A model generated the notes under the pieces. The model saw nothing but the letters and a program-made list of their open reading frames with translations. It did no database searches and was not told where the DNA came from. The position numbers were made by a program, and so were the translations under genes. A stretch of 64,000 nt of DNA from Chloroflexota bacterium (GTDB lineage: Bacteria > Chloroflexota > Anaerolineae > Anaerolineales > JBFLVL01), in the NCBI GenBank assembly GCA_040758495.1, contig JBFLVL010000014.1, forward strand, positions 17,161-81,160. The letters are read 5' to 3'. Positions 18,973 through 29,172 of this stretch are shown here, one piece after another; the stretch's first letter is position 1; each line of letters opens with the position of its first letter.

Positions 18973-19852
18973 ATGACCCACAAACACGACAACTCATCTG
19001 ATCCAAACGTCAGTATCAAAACCGCGTTCTTGCTCAATCTAGGCTTCACGGTTTTAGAAATTTTCGGTGGGCTTTGGACAAATAGCCTGGCGATCCTCTC
19101 GGATGCTGTGCACGATCTGGGGGACAGCCTATCGTTATCCCTGGCCTGGTTTCTCGACCGCTACTCCCAACGCGTATCGAGATCAGCGCTTCTCTTACGG
19201 TTATCGTAGATTTTCACTCCTGGGAGCATTGATCAATACCATTATTCTTATTGTTGGTTCTATCCTGGTCCTGTCAAAAGCTGTACCACGGTTGATCCAT
19301 CCCGAACACTCCAACGCCCAAGGAATGGTTGCCTTCGCCATAATTGGGATTCTTATCAATGGCGCAGCGGTCTTGCGCCTCCGAGGGAGCAAATCGCTGA
19401 ACGCCCGGGTTATTGCATGGCATTTGTTGGAAGATGTATTAGGATGGGTGGCCGTCCTGATCGTCGCCATCACCCTAATCTTTACCGACCTCCATATTCT
19501 TGACCCCCTGCTTTCGATTTTGATATCTTGTTACGTGCTCTATAATGTGGGTAAAAAACTACGAGAAACCCTCACCCTTTTTTTACAGGGCGTTCCCAGG
19601 GATATTGATATTGCTTCCCTTGAGGACGAGATAGCCGACGTGAAGAACGTGAAGTCCACTCACCACACGCACATCTGGTCATTAGATGGTGAACATCACG
19701 TCTTGACCACACACGTTGTCGTCAATGGATTTTTACAAAAAGATCAGGTCATCTGTGTCAAAGAGGACATAAAACGACTGTTGAAAAAGTATGACCTGGC
19801 GCACGTCACCATCGAAATCGAACACAACGATACGGACTGCGCAATGGTTTGA
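18973..19852 (+). pseudogene. cation diffusion facilitator (CzcD/ZitB-like) transporter, frameshifted
   Basis: TM1-2 (LSDAVHDLGDSL) are in frame 1 and stop at 19209. The rest (RFSYGYRRFSLLGALIN...HHTHIWSLDG) is in frame 2. The junction is near 19171-19176. Confidence 0.75.
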
Positions 19853-19874
19853 AATATAGGGGCACAGAGAACCC

Positions 19875-21320
19875 TTACCCTGCCTTTCGCTTCACCCCCA
19901 CTAAAGCTACAGCAGAAAGCAGGAACAGCACCCCATAAATCCCAAACAACATTACATAACCCAATCCTGGCACTTCTGGCACGTGTACGGTGAAAAAGTC
20001 AGCGATTGGACCGCCGATGTAGGACCCCACCGCGCCCGCGCCTGCCCCTGCCAGATTGGAGATACCCAGGTAGCGCCCGGCTTCCTCCTTGGGCACAATT
20101 TCTGTCCCTAGAGCCCAGTTTGCTGTAAAGAACACGCCTGTGGCTAAACCAATCATACATCCGCCGATGTAAATAACCACCATGTCTGGAACCAGGATAG
20201 CAACCAGGGTCCCCAGAGCCGCAAGTAAACCGCTAACCGCAGCCAGGCGTTTCGACCCAAAACGATCTGCCAGCCAGCCACTGGGCAGAGTAGACAGCAG
20301 AATAAAAACACCCACGACCATCATTAACCTCGCGGCTGGTGCAGCCGCCTCTTCCCTTACATACCCTAAACGACCTTGCAGAAAATACACCGCAAACGTA
20401 GAGAGGTTGGTCGTACCGACAAAGAATGCCAGGCGGTTAACAACCCACCAGGTAAATGAGGGATATTTTTGGGAATCTGCACCCAGACTGATGCGGACAC
20501 TGCTCCACACTCCAATGGCCACAGTGATAGCTATGGCAACGATTCCTGAAAGCCCCAAAAGTAGTATTAACCCCGTTACCGAAGTTATGTCCTGTGAAAT
20601 AAAACCAACATACTTAATAACCCGACCAACTCCCAGGATAATAACGGTGAATAAACCGGTCATCCCCAGCAGCCGAAGAAAGGGGTCCCAATTTAACTCT
20701 GATAGCCGCTCTTCCAATGGCTTTTCAGGCACAAACATGGCCAACAACATGACCACCACAAGCACACCCATGGCCAGCAGCAAGCCTCCCCACATGTTCC
20801 CCTTGCTGATCAGGGGGGCAATGAGGAAAGAGACCATGATCAGGGGAAGAGGCACTTCTAATAAGGCTTTCACACCAGAAAACCGGCCGCGCTTTTCCTC
20901 CGGTACGATATCAGGGATCAACCCTTGCAAAGCCCCGTGGGCGGTGTTGGAGGAAATTTGAAGCAAGATAGCGACGATGAACAAAAACCAATAACCAGAC
21001 ATGCCTTCCATGCCGGCTGAAAAGCCAATCATGGTGATGAAGATAAGATCAATCAGGGTACCGATTAGGATGAAAGGCCTGCGGCGCCCCCAACGAGACC
21101 TGCAATGATCCGAGAGCATCCCCATTCCGGCCTGTGATAGCAAGGCAACCATCAAAGACCACAATCGCAAGGTGCCAAAAAATGTACCCTTGCCTCCCTC
21201 CCCTACATACTGTTGCACCAACAGGGGAAACACTAACCCAAGCGTCTGGGATAAAGTTGTCAAACCTAACCAATAGCTATTGACGGTTATGTAATCGTAC
21301 CAGCGGATTTTTTTACTCAT
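19875..21320 (-). CDS. MFS transporter
   Basis: 481 aa with ~12-14 TM segments and an MFS loop motif (SDHCRSRWGRRRPF). Confidence 0.8.
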   Translation of the reverse strand: MSKKIRWYDYITVNSYWLGLTTLSQTLGLVFPLLVQQYVGEGGKGTFFGTLRLWSLMVALLSQAGMGMLSDHCRSRWGRRRPFILIGTLIDLIFITMIGFSAGMEGMSGYWFLFIVAILLQISSNTAHGALQGLIPDIVPEEKRGRFSGVKALLEVPLPLIMVSFLIAPLISKGNMWGGLLLAMGVLVVVMLLAMFVPEKPLEERLSELNWDPFLRLLGMTGLFTVIILGVGRVIKYVGFISQDITSVTGLILLLGLSGIVAIAITVAIGVWSSVRISLGADSQKYPSFTWWVVNRLAFFVGTTNLSTFAVYFLQGRLGYVREEAAAPAARLMMVVGVFILLSTLPSGWLADRFGSKRLAAVSGLLAALGTLVAILVPDMVVIYIGGCMIGLATGVFFTANWALGTEIVPKEEAGRYLGISNLAGAGAGAVGSYIGGPIADFFTVHVPEVPGLGYVMLFGIYGVLFLLSAVALVGVKRKAG

Positions 21321-21333
21321 GTTCTGTTCTCCT

Positions 21334-21852
21334 CTATGAGTGTTGGATTTTTGTGTTGGCTAAATTTTTTATCGAAACCAGCTCTTGCCAATTCAACTGT
21401 TGGGCTGTTTTCCACAACCTGTGATCATCCTCCACCGCTCTAAACTCTAGATTCTTAAACACCTTTCTGGCAAAAAGATGCACTTCCTCCAGGGGGATGA
21501 GAACATCCTGGGTTCCGTGAATCAGGACAACGGGAATTGCTATAGGTTCAGGTAATCTCTCAGAAAATGACGAGCAGGCAAAATATGGCGCCAAGAGGAT
21601 CAATTTCTTTACCCCGTCAGGGTGAGCACAAGCATACAATGTCCCCATCAACCCTCCAAAGCTAGATCCAATAATAATCCAATCATCCCCTTTGTCTAAA
21701 ATCGTCTCCAGCCTCGCCATGCGTTCCTCTAACGTCCCCTGAAAATCAGGCACCAGGATGCCAGGAAATATTTGACGCAATAGACGTGCCTTGTGTCCCT
21801 GACTGCTGCTTTCTAACCCATGGATGAAAATCAAATTCGCGAATTTCTGCAT
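21334..21852 (-). CDS. alpha/beta hydrolase (YqiA-like esterase)
   Basis: IFIHGLESS and a nucleophile elbow GSSFGG. Start chosen at MQKFANL (ORF track: 22044). Confidence 0.6.
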   Translation of the reverse strand: MQKFANLIFIHGLESSSQGHKARLLRQIFPGILVPDFQGTLEERMARLETILDKGDDWIIIGSSFGGLMGTLYACAHPDGVKKLILLAPYFACSSFSERLPEPIAIPVVLIHGTQDVLIPLEEVHLFARKVFKNLEFRAVEDDHRLWKTAQQLNWQELVSIKNLANTKIQHS

Positions 21853-22012
21853 GCTTCCGTGTTTTATAGATTGTACAACATCCTGACAATCCCCATTAAC
21901 GGATTCCTGATTTGGCTTGACAGCCAGACCCCATCTACATATAATCTGCCTGCCTCTAAGGCAGGCATTATACTGAAATACCCCCGAACCATCGGGAATT
22001 AGGAGGACAATT

Positions 22013-22195
22013 ATGCCCCCTTTACCAAAAAGAAAACACTCCAAGGGGCGAACACGCCGACGAAGAGCTCACGACGCGCTGAAACTCCGCAATCTGGTCT
22101 TTTGTGCCAATTGTGGTCATATGCGCTTGCCTCATTCTGTCTGCTCCCATTGTGGATTTTTCAAAGGGCGCGAAGTTATCAGCGTTGAGGAGTAA
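22013..22195 (+). CDS. rpmF: 50S ribosomal protein L32
   Basis: MP.LPKRKHSKGRTRRRRAH and CxxC..CxxC. Confidence 0.9.
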   Translation: MPPLPKRKHSKGRTRRRRAHDALKLRNLVFCANCGHMRLPHSVCSHCGFFKGREVISVEE

Positions 22196-22245
22196 AAACT
22201 GAACGGGTCGTCCAGATAACAACCCGTTTTTTGGTTAACCACCCG

Positions 22246-23196
22246 ATGACATTGCCTTTTTCCCCCTCTACAACAGCTTATCTCTTCCCTGGGCAGGGCT
22301 CCCAAAAAGTGGGGATGGGTCAACGTTTAGCCCAGAAATATCCTACTGCACGTAGCACATTTGAGGCAGCAGACGAACTCCTCGGCTTTGATCTCTCTCG
22401 TCTCGCCTGGGAAGGCCCCTCGACGGAACTTGATGATACGATCAACACACAACCAGCCCTGTTCGTCCATTCCATCGCCGTGCTCAGGGTGTTCCGCGAA
22501 CAATATAGTCCGTTCAAGCCCAGTTTCGTAGCCGGTCACTCCATGGGAGAATTGAGCGCCCTGGTCGCCGCAGAAGCGCTGTCATTTGAGGATGGGCTGC
22601 GTTTGGTCCGCCGCCGGGGGGAGTTAATGAAACGTGCGGGAGAAGAAAATCCTGGGGGTATGGCGGCCGTCCTTGGCCTGGACATAGCGGAGGTAGAGAA
22701 CATATGCCACCAAGCCAGTTGTGATATAGAAACCGTACAAATTGCTAACGACAATTGTCCAGGACAAACCGTAATATCTGGCACAATCACAGCACTTGGT
22801 AAAGCCATCGAGCTTGCCTCAGCGAAGGGAGCCCGTCGGGTTATACGTTTGGATGTGAGCATTGCCTCCCATTCTCATTTAATGGCCGCATGCCAGTCGA
22901 CCTTCGCCCAAGTTTTAGCACAAACAACTTTCCAGGACCCGGGGATTCCTGTTATCAGTAATGTGACCGCTCTTCCCCTCACCACGGCCAGCCAGATTCG
23001 TGCGGATCTACTTGCCCAACTTACCTCGCGGGTTAAATGGTCAGACTCTATGAAATTCCTGCTCTCACAGGGTGTCCACACGTTCATGGAGCTTGGCAGC
23101 GGCAACGTGCTTTGTGGGTTGTTGCACCGAATCGATCGTACGGCTATGTGCTTTCCGCTCGATTCTCCTGAAGATTTCGATAAGCTGGCTTTATAA
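22246..23196 (+). CDS. fabD: malonyl-CoA:ACP transacylase
   Basis: FPGQGSQKVGMG and GHSMGELSALV motifs. Confidence 0.9.
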   Translation: MTLPFSPSTTAYLFPGQGSQKVGMGQRLAQKYPTARSTFEAADELLGFDLSRLAWEGPSTELDDTINTQPALFVHSIAVLRVFREQYSPFKPSFVAGHSMGELSALVAAEALSFEDGLRLVRRRGELMKRAGEENPGGMAAVLGLDIAEVENICHQASCDIETVQIANDNCPGQTVISGTITALGKAIELASAKGARRVIRLDVSIASHSHLMAACQSTFAQVLAQTTFQDPGIPVISNVTALPLTTASQIRADLLAQLTSRVKWSDSMKFLLSQGVHTFMELGSGNVLCGLLHRIDRTAMCFPLDSPEDFDKLAL

Positions 23197-23358
23197 ACCT
23201 CACCCCTCGCTTACCCCTACGGGGCACTCCACTGTAATGTAAAACATGGTAATCAGGTGGGGGACGAAGTCAACAACCTGGGTAGCTGATCCCACATGCT
23301 GTTCATACGTTTCCCCTCTGTACGGTATAATTACGCCGATAGATTCACAGATGGAGCC

Positions 23359-24123
23359 ATGTCTACACCTTCTGATTTGGAACTCAAAGATCGCGTAGCT
23401 ATCGTCACTGGAGCCTCTCGAGGGATTGGCCGGGCTATCGCCCTGGAGTTAGCCAGACAAGGCGCCTCGATTATCGTAAACTATCATCATTCCGCCCAAG
23501 CCGCGGACGAGGTGGTTACCACCATCCGTCAGATGGGTAGAGAGGCGATCGCTCACCAGGCAGATGTATCCAACCCCGAGCAGGCCAAAGGTCTGATCCA
23601 GGCAGCTATAGACCACTATGGCAGATTAGATATCCTGGTCAACAATGCAGGCATTACCCGGGATACACTCATTATGACCATGTCGGAGGAGGATTGGGAC
23701 AGGGTACAAAATGTAAATCTGAAAGGCACCTTCAACTGCTCAAAAGCTGCAGTGCGTTACATGCTACGCCAACGCTACGGCCGTATCATCAATATCACCT
23801 CCGTAGCCGGGCAGATGGGGAATGCCGGGCAAACAAACTACTCAGCTTCAAAAGCAGGGCAGATCGGTTTCACCAAGGCACTAGCCCGTGAAATCGCCCC
23901 ACGAGGCATCACTGTCAACGCCATCTCGGCGGGTTATGTTGATACCGACATCTGGAGAAATGTCCCTCAGGACATAAAACAAGAGATGATGAAGCTGATC
24001 CCTTTGGGTAGAAAAGGGACACCCGAAGAAGTGGCCTTCGCTGCAGCCTTCCTGGCTAATGAACGAGCAGGGTATATTACCGGTCAGGTGCTGGGTGTAG
24101 ATGGCGGAATGGCTATGATGTAA
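23359..24123 (+). CDS. fabG: 3-oxoacyl-ACP reductase (SDR)
   Basis: TGASRGIGRAIA, NNAG and YSASKAG motifs. Lies downstream of fabD. Confidence 0.85.
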   Translation: MSTPSDLELKDRVAIVTGASRGIGRAIALELARQGASIIVNYHHSAQAADEVVTTIRQMGREAIAHQADVSNPEQAKGLIQAAIDHYGRLDILVNNAGITRDTLIMTMSEEDWDRVQNVNLKGTFNCSKAAVRYMLRQRYGRIINITSVAGQMGNAGQTNYSASKAGQIGFTKALAREIAPRGITVNAISAGYVDTDIWRNVPQDIKQEMMKLIPLGRKGTPEEVAFAAAFLANERAGYITGQVLGVDGGMAMM

Positions 24124-24147
24124 CAACAACTTGATGAGAATAAAAAA

Positions 24148-24504
24148 ATGAACAACATTCAACCTCCACCAGGAAAAACCACAATCGCCCCAGAGGTCCT
24201 CATAACGATAGCCCGATTGACGACCCTCACCGTCCCAGGCGTCAGCTATCTCAGTAACGTGCCGGGAGGCTTCAAGGGGTTATTTAAACGAGGTGAAAAC
24301 GACGGCGTCCGCGTTAATGTAGATAATGACATCGTCACCGTAGATTTACATGTGGTTCTGAAACATGATGCGAATATCCGCGATGTCTGTCATGATATCC
24401 AAGAGGAAGTCGCCCGGGCAATATCCGAAACAGTTGGGATGACGGTGGGGTTCATCAACGTCCACGTTGAGGATATTGATTTTTCCATCGAGGAAACTTC
24501 ATAG
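24148..24504 (+). CDS. Asp23/Gls24 family envelope stress protein
   Basis: [22 protein letters not shown] and the overall pattern are typical of Asp23. Confidence 0.8.
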   Translation: MNNIQPPPGKTTIAPEVLITIARLTTLTVPGVSYLSNVPGGFKGLFKRGENDGVRVNVDNDIVTVDLHVVLKHDANIRDVCHDIQEEVARAISETVGMTVGFINVHVEDIDFSIEETS

Positions 24505-24508
24505 CCCC

Positions 24509-24943
24509 ATGAAACCGCGCACCAGAGCACGCAGCGTAGCTCTCCAAGCGCTATACGAAGTTGATATCACCCAACACCCCCCAAACCTGGTATTTGATCA
24601 GCGCATCACTGAAGCAGGTTTAAATGAAAGTTTGGTGGAGTTTGTTCGCCAGATCGTTTTTGGGGTAATCAACATGACGCATTTACTGGATACTTTCATC
24701 GCCGAGCACGCCCCAGAGTGGCCTCTCGAACAGGTCGCGGTTATTGACCGCAACATTTTGCGTATTGCCCTATGGGAATTCATCGCTGGAGGCACGCCGA
24801 TTAAAGTAGCCATAAATGAAGCCGTTGAACTGGCAAAAATTTACGGTTCCGATAGCGCTCCTCGCTTTGTAAATGGCGTGTTAGGCAGCCTGGTCTTAAG
24901 ACGTAACGAAATTCTGCAAGCATTGAAAGACAATAAGCAATAG
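24509..24943 (+). CDS. nusB: transcription antitermination factor NusB
   Basis: [16 protein letters not shown]...[11 protein letters not shown]...INEAVELAK. Confidence 0.85.
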   Translation: MKPRTRARSVALQALYEVDITQHPPNLVFDQRITEAGLNESLVEFVRQIVFGVINMTHLLDTFIAEHAPEWPLEQVAVIDRNILRIALWEFIAGGTPIKVAINEAVELAKIYGSDSAPRFVNGVLGSLVLRRNEILQALKDNKQ

Positions 24944-24946
24944 GCA

Positions 24947-25336
24947 ATGGATGTTCTAGGCATTGGACCTCTCGAGCTGATCACCATATTCATCATCATA
25001 CTCATCATCCTTGGTCCAAATGAAATGGTTAAAGCTGGAAAGTCCCTTGGGCAATTTTTGCGTAATATCGTGACCTCTGAAGGATGGAAAGCAACCCAGA
25101 GGATATGGCGAGAAATTCGATATTTTCCCAACAAGCTCATGCGCGAGGCGGGTCCGGATATTAGACAAAATGAGCTAGAGGCATTTAATGCGGAAATTAA
25201 TAAAACCAAAGATGCTCTGAGAGCATGGATTACTCCACCAAGCAGTGATTGGGCAGATAGAGTACCAACCCAACCGGGAAACAAATCCATTGAGGTTGCA
25301 GAAACATCTAAAGAGGCTTCCCCTTCCAAATCTTGA
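24947..25336 (+). CDS. twin-arginine translocase TatA/TatB family protein
   Basis: N-terminal TM helix plus hinge: GPLELITIFIIILIILGPNEMVKAGKSLG. Confidence 0.75.
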   Translation: MDVLGIGPLELITIFIIILIILGPNEMVKAGKSLGQFLRNIVTSEGWKATQRIWREIRYFPNKLMREAGPDIRQNELEAFNAEINKTKDALRAWITPPSSDWADRVPTQPGNKSIEVAETSKEASPSKS

Positions 25337-25369
25337 CACCGGATTCCACGTACCCACTTTGACAGTAGC

Positions 25370-26260
25370 ATGCGAAAAGTATTCACCAGTATCTGGTCTA
25401 CCATCACTGCCCCTATATGGTTTCTTGGGAGGCTCTTCCGCACCTTACTTCAGTGGCTAAAAAATACCTTTAGAAATATCACTTTATTTTTCACGCAAGA
25501 ACCGGTTGACAGCGACTTCTCAGAGGTGATTTCCAAAACAATCACAAATCCCAGCGAGGTACTGACTCACCTGTATGCCCTGCGCAAGCACCTGCTACGT
25601 GGTTTCATCGCCTTGATCCTGACCACTACCCTATCATTCCTTTACACCCCTAAATTTATCAACTACCTTGCCCAACCGATTGGGGGGATTGAACATCTGC
25701 AAGCCATTGAGGTTACCGAGCCTATCTCCGTATATATGCGCGTGGCTTTATTGGTTGGATTTACAATTGCCCTACCTTACATCGCATTGGAACTTTTATT
25801 GTTCGCGGCTCCGGGTCTAAAACGTAAGGCTCGGATTTTAGGACTGGTAGCCATCCCCGTCGCCCTCGTCTTCTTTGTCGGTGGTATGGCTTTTGCCTAT
25901 TACGTTATGCTGCCGGCCGCGCTGCCCTTCCTGCTCAGCATACTGAATATCTCCGTAGCCCTTCGTCCCTCATCATTTTTCCGCTTTGTCACCAGTTTAT
26001 TATTTTGGGTAGGAATATCCTTTGAGTTCCCCTTGGTCATCTATGTACTGGCGGCCATGAAAGTAATAAAAGCGAAGTCGTTAGCCTCTAACTGGAGGCT
26101 GGCAGTCGTCATCATGGCCATACTTGCTGCGGCTATAACACCAACCATTGACCCAATAAACATGTTGTTGGTTTTAGGCCCCATGATTCTGCTATACTTT
26201 ATGAGCATTGGACTGGCTTACTTGGCTCAAGAAAAACCCGTCAAGGAACCCATAAAGTAA
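25370..26260 (+). CDS. tatC: twin-arginine translocase subunit TatC
   Basis: 6-TM protein with HL.ALRKHL and FL.PGL TatC-like motifs, next to tatA. Confidence 0.85.
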   Translation: MRKVFTSIWSTITAPIWFLGRLFRTLLQWLKNTFRNITLFFTQEPVDSDFSEVISKTITNPSEVLTHLYALRKHLLRGFIALILTTTLSFLYTPKFINYLAQPIGGIEHLQAIEVTEPISVYMRVALLVGFTIALPYIALELLLFAAPGLKRKARILGLVAIPVALVFFVGGMAFAYYVMLPAALPFLLSILNISVALRPSSFFRFVTSLLFWVGISFEFPLVIYVLAAMKVIKAKSLASNWRLAVVIMAILAAAITPTIDPINMLLVLGPMILLYFMSIGLAYLAQEKPVKEPIK

Positions 26261-26288
26261 TTCAAACCACAAACTCAGGAGGCAATAC

Positions 26289-27440
26289 ATGAATGAACGC
26301 GTCGCAATTGTTGGTGTCGGTTGGATAGGTTTTCGTCCAACCACTCCAGAGCTATCCTACAAGGAATTAATGTATGAAGCGGCTGTGAGAGCTTACAACG
26401 ATGCCGGCGTTGATCCGCGCCGAGACATTGACAGCTTCGTCACTGTAGCCGAGGATTTTAACGAAGGCACCAGCATCTTCGACGAATATGTGCCCGACCA
26501 ACTCGGAGGGGTCCTGAAACCTGTACACACCATACCCGGAGATGGATTGCATGGCCTCATCTCTGCATATATGCTAATAAGGACAGGCCTATGCGATGTT
26601 ATCACCCTCGAGGCTCACAGCAAAGCTTCAAACCTGCTCACCCACTCGGAAGTTACCGCTTATGCCCAGGACCCGGTTATCAACCGCCCGTTGCGTTTGA
26701 ACACTCACTTTGTTGCTGGCTTAGAAATGAACCGCTATCTGCATGAGACAGGCACAACCCGGGAACAATGTGCCATTGTGGTGACCAAGAATAAATATAA
26801 CGCTCTCGATAACCCCTCGGCCGCTTATGCTGCTGATCTCACCGTTGAAGATGTGCTTTCTGGCCCCTCGCTATCCTGGCCTTTGGGCATGCGGGAAGCC
26901 AGCAAACCCGCCGATGGTGCCGTTGTCATGGTTCTGGCTTCCGAGAAAAAAGCAACCTATCTAGGCGATAAACCCATCTGGATATTGGGTGTGGGTTGGT
27001 GTAACGATTCGCCTTCCCTGGAAAGCCGCGACTGGGCACAGGCTGTATACGCTCAAAAAGCTTCTCAGATGGCTTACCGTCAGGTGGGGATTGCCAGTCC
27101 CAATCAGGTAATTGACTTTGTAGAAATAGATGACACGTATGCCTACAAAGAGCTGCAAGCACTTGAAGCCCTGGGCTTCTGCCTCCCTGGAGAAGCAGGC
27201 GTTCTTACCGAGGAAGGATACACAACCCCTGACGGTGATTTACCTGTCAATGCCTCCGGCGGCAGCCTGGGTATGGGACACTTACTGGATGCCACTGGAT
27301 TATCCCGGGCTTTGGAAGTTGTCCTGCAACTGCGTGGTGAAGCCGGAAGGCGTCAATTGAAAGACGTAAACGTTGGACTTGCACAATCTTGGCGCGGTGT
27401 CCCAACCACCAGTGGGGCTGTCGCCGTGCTGAGCAATTAA
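26289..27440 (+). CDS. thiolase-fold (SCP-x type) protein, paralog 1
   Basis: VAIVGVG N-terminus and a C-terminal PVNASGGSLGMGHLLDATG...LQLRGEAGRRQ. No Cys at the expected nucleophile position (manual alignment). Confidence 0.75.
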   Translation: MNERVAIVGVGWIGFRPTTPELSYKELMYEAAVRAYNDAGVDPRRDIDSFVTVAEDFNEGTSIFDEYVPDQLGGVLKPVHTIPGDGLHGLISAYMLIRTGLCDVITLEAHSKASNLLTHSEVTAYAQDPVINRPLRLNTHFVAGLEMNRYLHETGTTREQCAIVVTKNKYNALDNPSAAYAADLTVEDVLSGPSLSWPLGMREASKPADGAVVMVLASEKKATYLGDKPIWILGVGWCNDSPSLESRDWAQAVYAQKASQMAYRQVGIASPNQVIDFVEIDDTYAYKELQALEALGFCLPGEAGVLTEEGYTTPDGDLPVNASGGSLGMGHLLDATGLSRALEVVLQLRGEAGRRQLKDVNVGLAQSWRGVPTTSGAVAVLSN

Positions 27441-27454
27441 CTTAGGAGATTAAC

Positions 27455-28621
27455 ATGGGTATGAGAAAAGTTGCTGTCGTTGGTGCGGGGATGACCAAAT
27501 TCGTCCGCCGGGCTCAGGAAACCCCCAAAGAGTTAAGCTGGCAGGCGACTCACCTGGCTCTGGAATCGTGTGAGATGACCATGGATGACATAGATGCTGT
27601 TTGCATGGGTACCGCCCCTGACGCATTTGATGGCATTCACATGAAAGGTGAATATTTGAGCAATGGTGCTGGAGCCTGGCGCAAACCCTACATCCGCTCT
27701 TACGTTGGAGGGGGTACGGGTGTCTTTGTTCCTATTCAGGGTTGGTATCACATCGCTTCCGGTCTGTTTGACGTTGTGCTTGTCGTAGCGGAAGAGAAAA
27801 TGTCCAGCTATTACCCTCACGCCCAGGGCGCCTTCCTGACCATCTTCGACCACACCACCGAACGTCCACTGAAACCTAACCTGCTGTGGATCTTCGCCAT
27901 GGAGATGAACCGCTACATGACCACCTACGGTATCTCCAAAGAAGACATCGCTCCTGTATCTGTACTGCACAAGCGCAACGCTGCCGACCATCCATGTGCC
28001 CTGCTGGCAGACCCAGACATCACAGTCGAAGATGTGCTCAATTCCGAAGTGTTGGCCTGGCCCGTCCAACGGTTGGACGTCAGTCCGGTCACCGATGGAG
28101 CAGTTACCATTGTTCTCGCTGCTGAGCATGTCGCCAAACGTGTCACCGATAAACCTGTCTGGATCGAGGGCGTGGGGTGGAATCTGGACACAGCCTATTG
28201 GACAAACCGGGATCTGGCATATCCCCGTTACGTAGAATACGCGGCTCGTCAGGCCTATGAAATGGCGGAGATAAAAGAACCTCGCAAGGAAATCCACATC
28301 GTAGAACCCTACGATCCCTTCGACTACAAGGCGCTACATCACCTGGAAGGCTTGCAGTTAGCAGATCGTGGCACGGCTCCCCGGTTGTACGCCGATGGAA
28401 CCGCTGCCCGAAATGGCAACATGCCCGTCTGCCCCTCAGGTGGTTTGTTGGGCGTGGGCAATCCTATCGCGGCTGCCGGTTTGATGAAAGTCGCTGAGCT
28501 GTTCTGGCAACTGCGCGGCGAAGCCGGGGATCGGCAGGTGCCCGGCCAGCCCAGGCGTGGCCTGGCTCAAGCCTGGGGTGACTTGATGCAAGTCGGTACA
28601 GTAGTAATTATGGGACGGTAG
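27455..28621 (+). CDS. thiolase-fold (SCP-x type) protein, paralog 2
   Basis: VAVVGAGMTKF, VVAEEKMS and PSGGLLGVGNPIAAAG...QLRGEAGDRQV. The nucleophile position reads GGGTG. Confidence 0.75.
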   Translation: MGMRKVAVVGAGMTKFVRRAQETPKELSWQATHLALESCEMTMDDIDAVCMGTAPDAFDGIHMKGEYLSNGAGAWRKPYIRSYVGGGTGVFVPIQGWYHIASGLFDVVLVVAEEKMSSYYPHAQGAFLTIFDHTTERPLKPNLLWIFAMEMNRYMTTYGISKEDIAPVSVLHKRNAADHPCALLADPDITVEDVLNSEVLAWPVQRLDVSPVTDGAVTIVLAAEHVAKRVTDKPVWIEGVGWNLDTAYWTNRDLAYPRYVEYAARQAYEMAEIKEPRKEIHIVEPYDPFDYKALHHLEGLQLADRGTAPRLYADGTAARNGNMPVCPSGGLLGVGNPIAAAGLMKVAELFWQLRGEAGDRQVPGQPRRGLAQAWGDLMQVGTVVIMGR

Positions 28622-28640
28622 TGACGAAAGGAAACAAACC

Positions 28641-29159
28641 ATGACCATCAACATCAAACACTTCCCTGGAACCCCGCTAAGTGAAAAAGATTTCTCCACT
28701 GGGAAAATTCTCTTTAACTATGACGAACTAAGAGGTGATTTTGCCTGGGATACCGGCATTGCCATAGGTCGCTACCTTTCGGGATTAAAAGCAGGGGTCC
28801 TGGTAGGAACACGCTGCCCAACCTGTCGGAAGGTTGTCATCCCACCCCGAACTGTCTGCGAGTGGTGTTTCCGCCCTATGGACGAATACGTTGAACTTAA
28901 AGATACAGGAACGGTGAATACATTCTCCTTGTGTTACGTCACCTGGGATGTACAACGTATATCAGAACCTGAGCTCCCAGCAGTCATCGAGATTGACGGC
29001 GCCTCCCCCCTGCATGGCATAATGCATGTTTTAGGTGAGGTAGACCCCCAGCAGGTGCATGTTGGCATGCGAGTAAAAGCCGTTTGGAAACTAGCCGAAG
29101 AACGCCAGGGGGCCATCACCGACATCCGTTACTTCAAACCCTTTCAGGTTACTGATTGA
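28641..29159 (+). CDS. Zn-ribbon/OB-fold protein (DUF35 family)
   Basis: CPTCRKV..P.R..CEWC rubredoxin-like ribbon followed by an OB-fold-like beta region. Confidence 0.8.
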   Translation: MTINIKHFPGTPLSEKDFSTGKILFNYDELRGDFAWDTGIAIGRYLSGLKAGVLVGTRCPTCRKVVIPPRTVCEWCFRPMDEYVELKDTGTVNTFSLCYVTWDVQRISEPELPAVIEIDGASPLHGIMHVLGEVDPQQVHVGMRVKAVWKLAEERQGAITDIRYFKPFQVTD

Positions 29160-29172
29160 TTGGAGGTCAAAC

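Noticed and set aside
27533-28297. 254-aa minus-strand ORF.
   Set aside because: Antisense to the second thiolase-fold gene. No motifs, no RBS.
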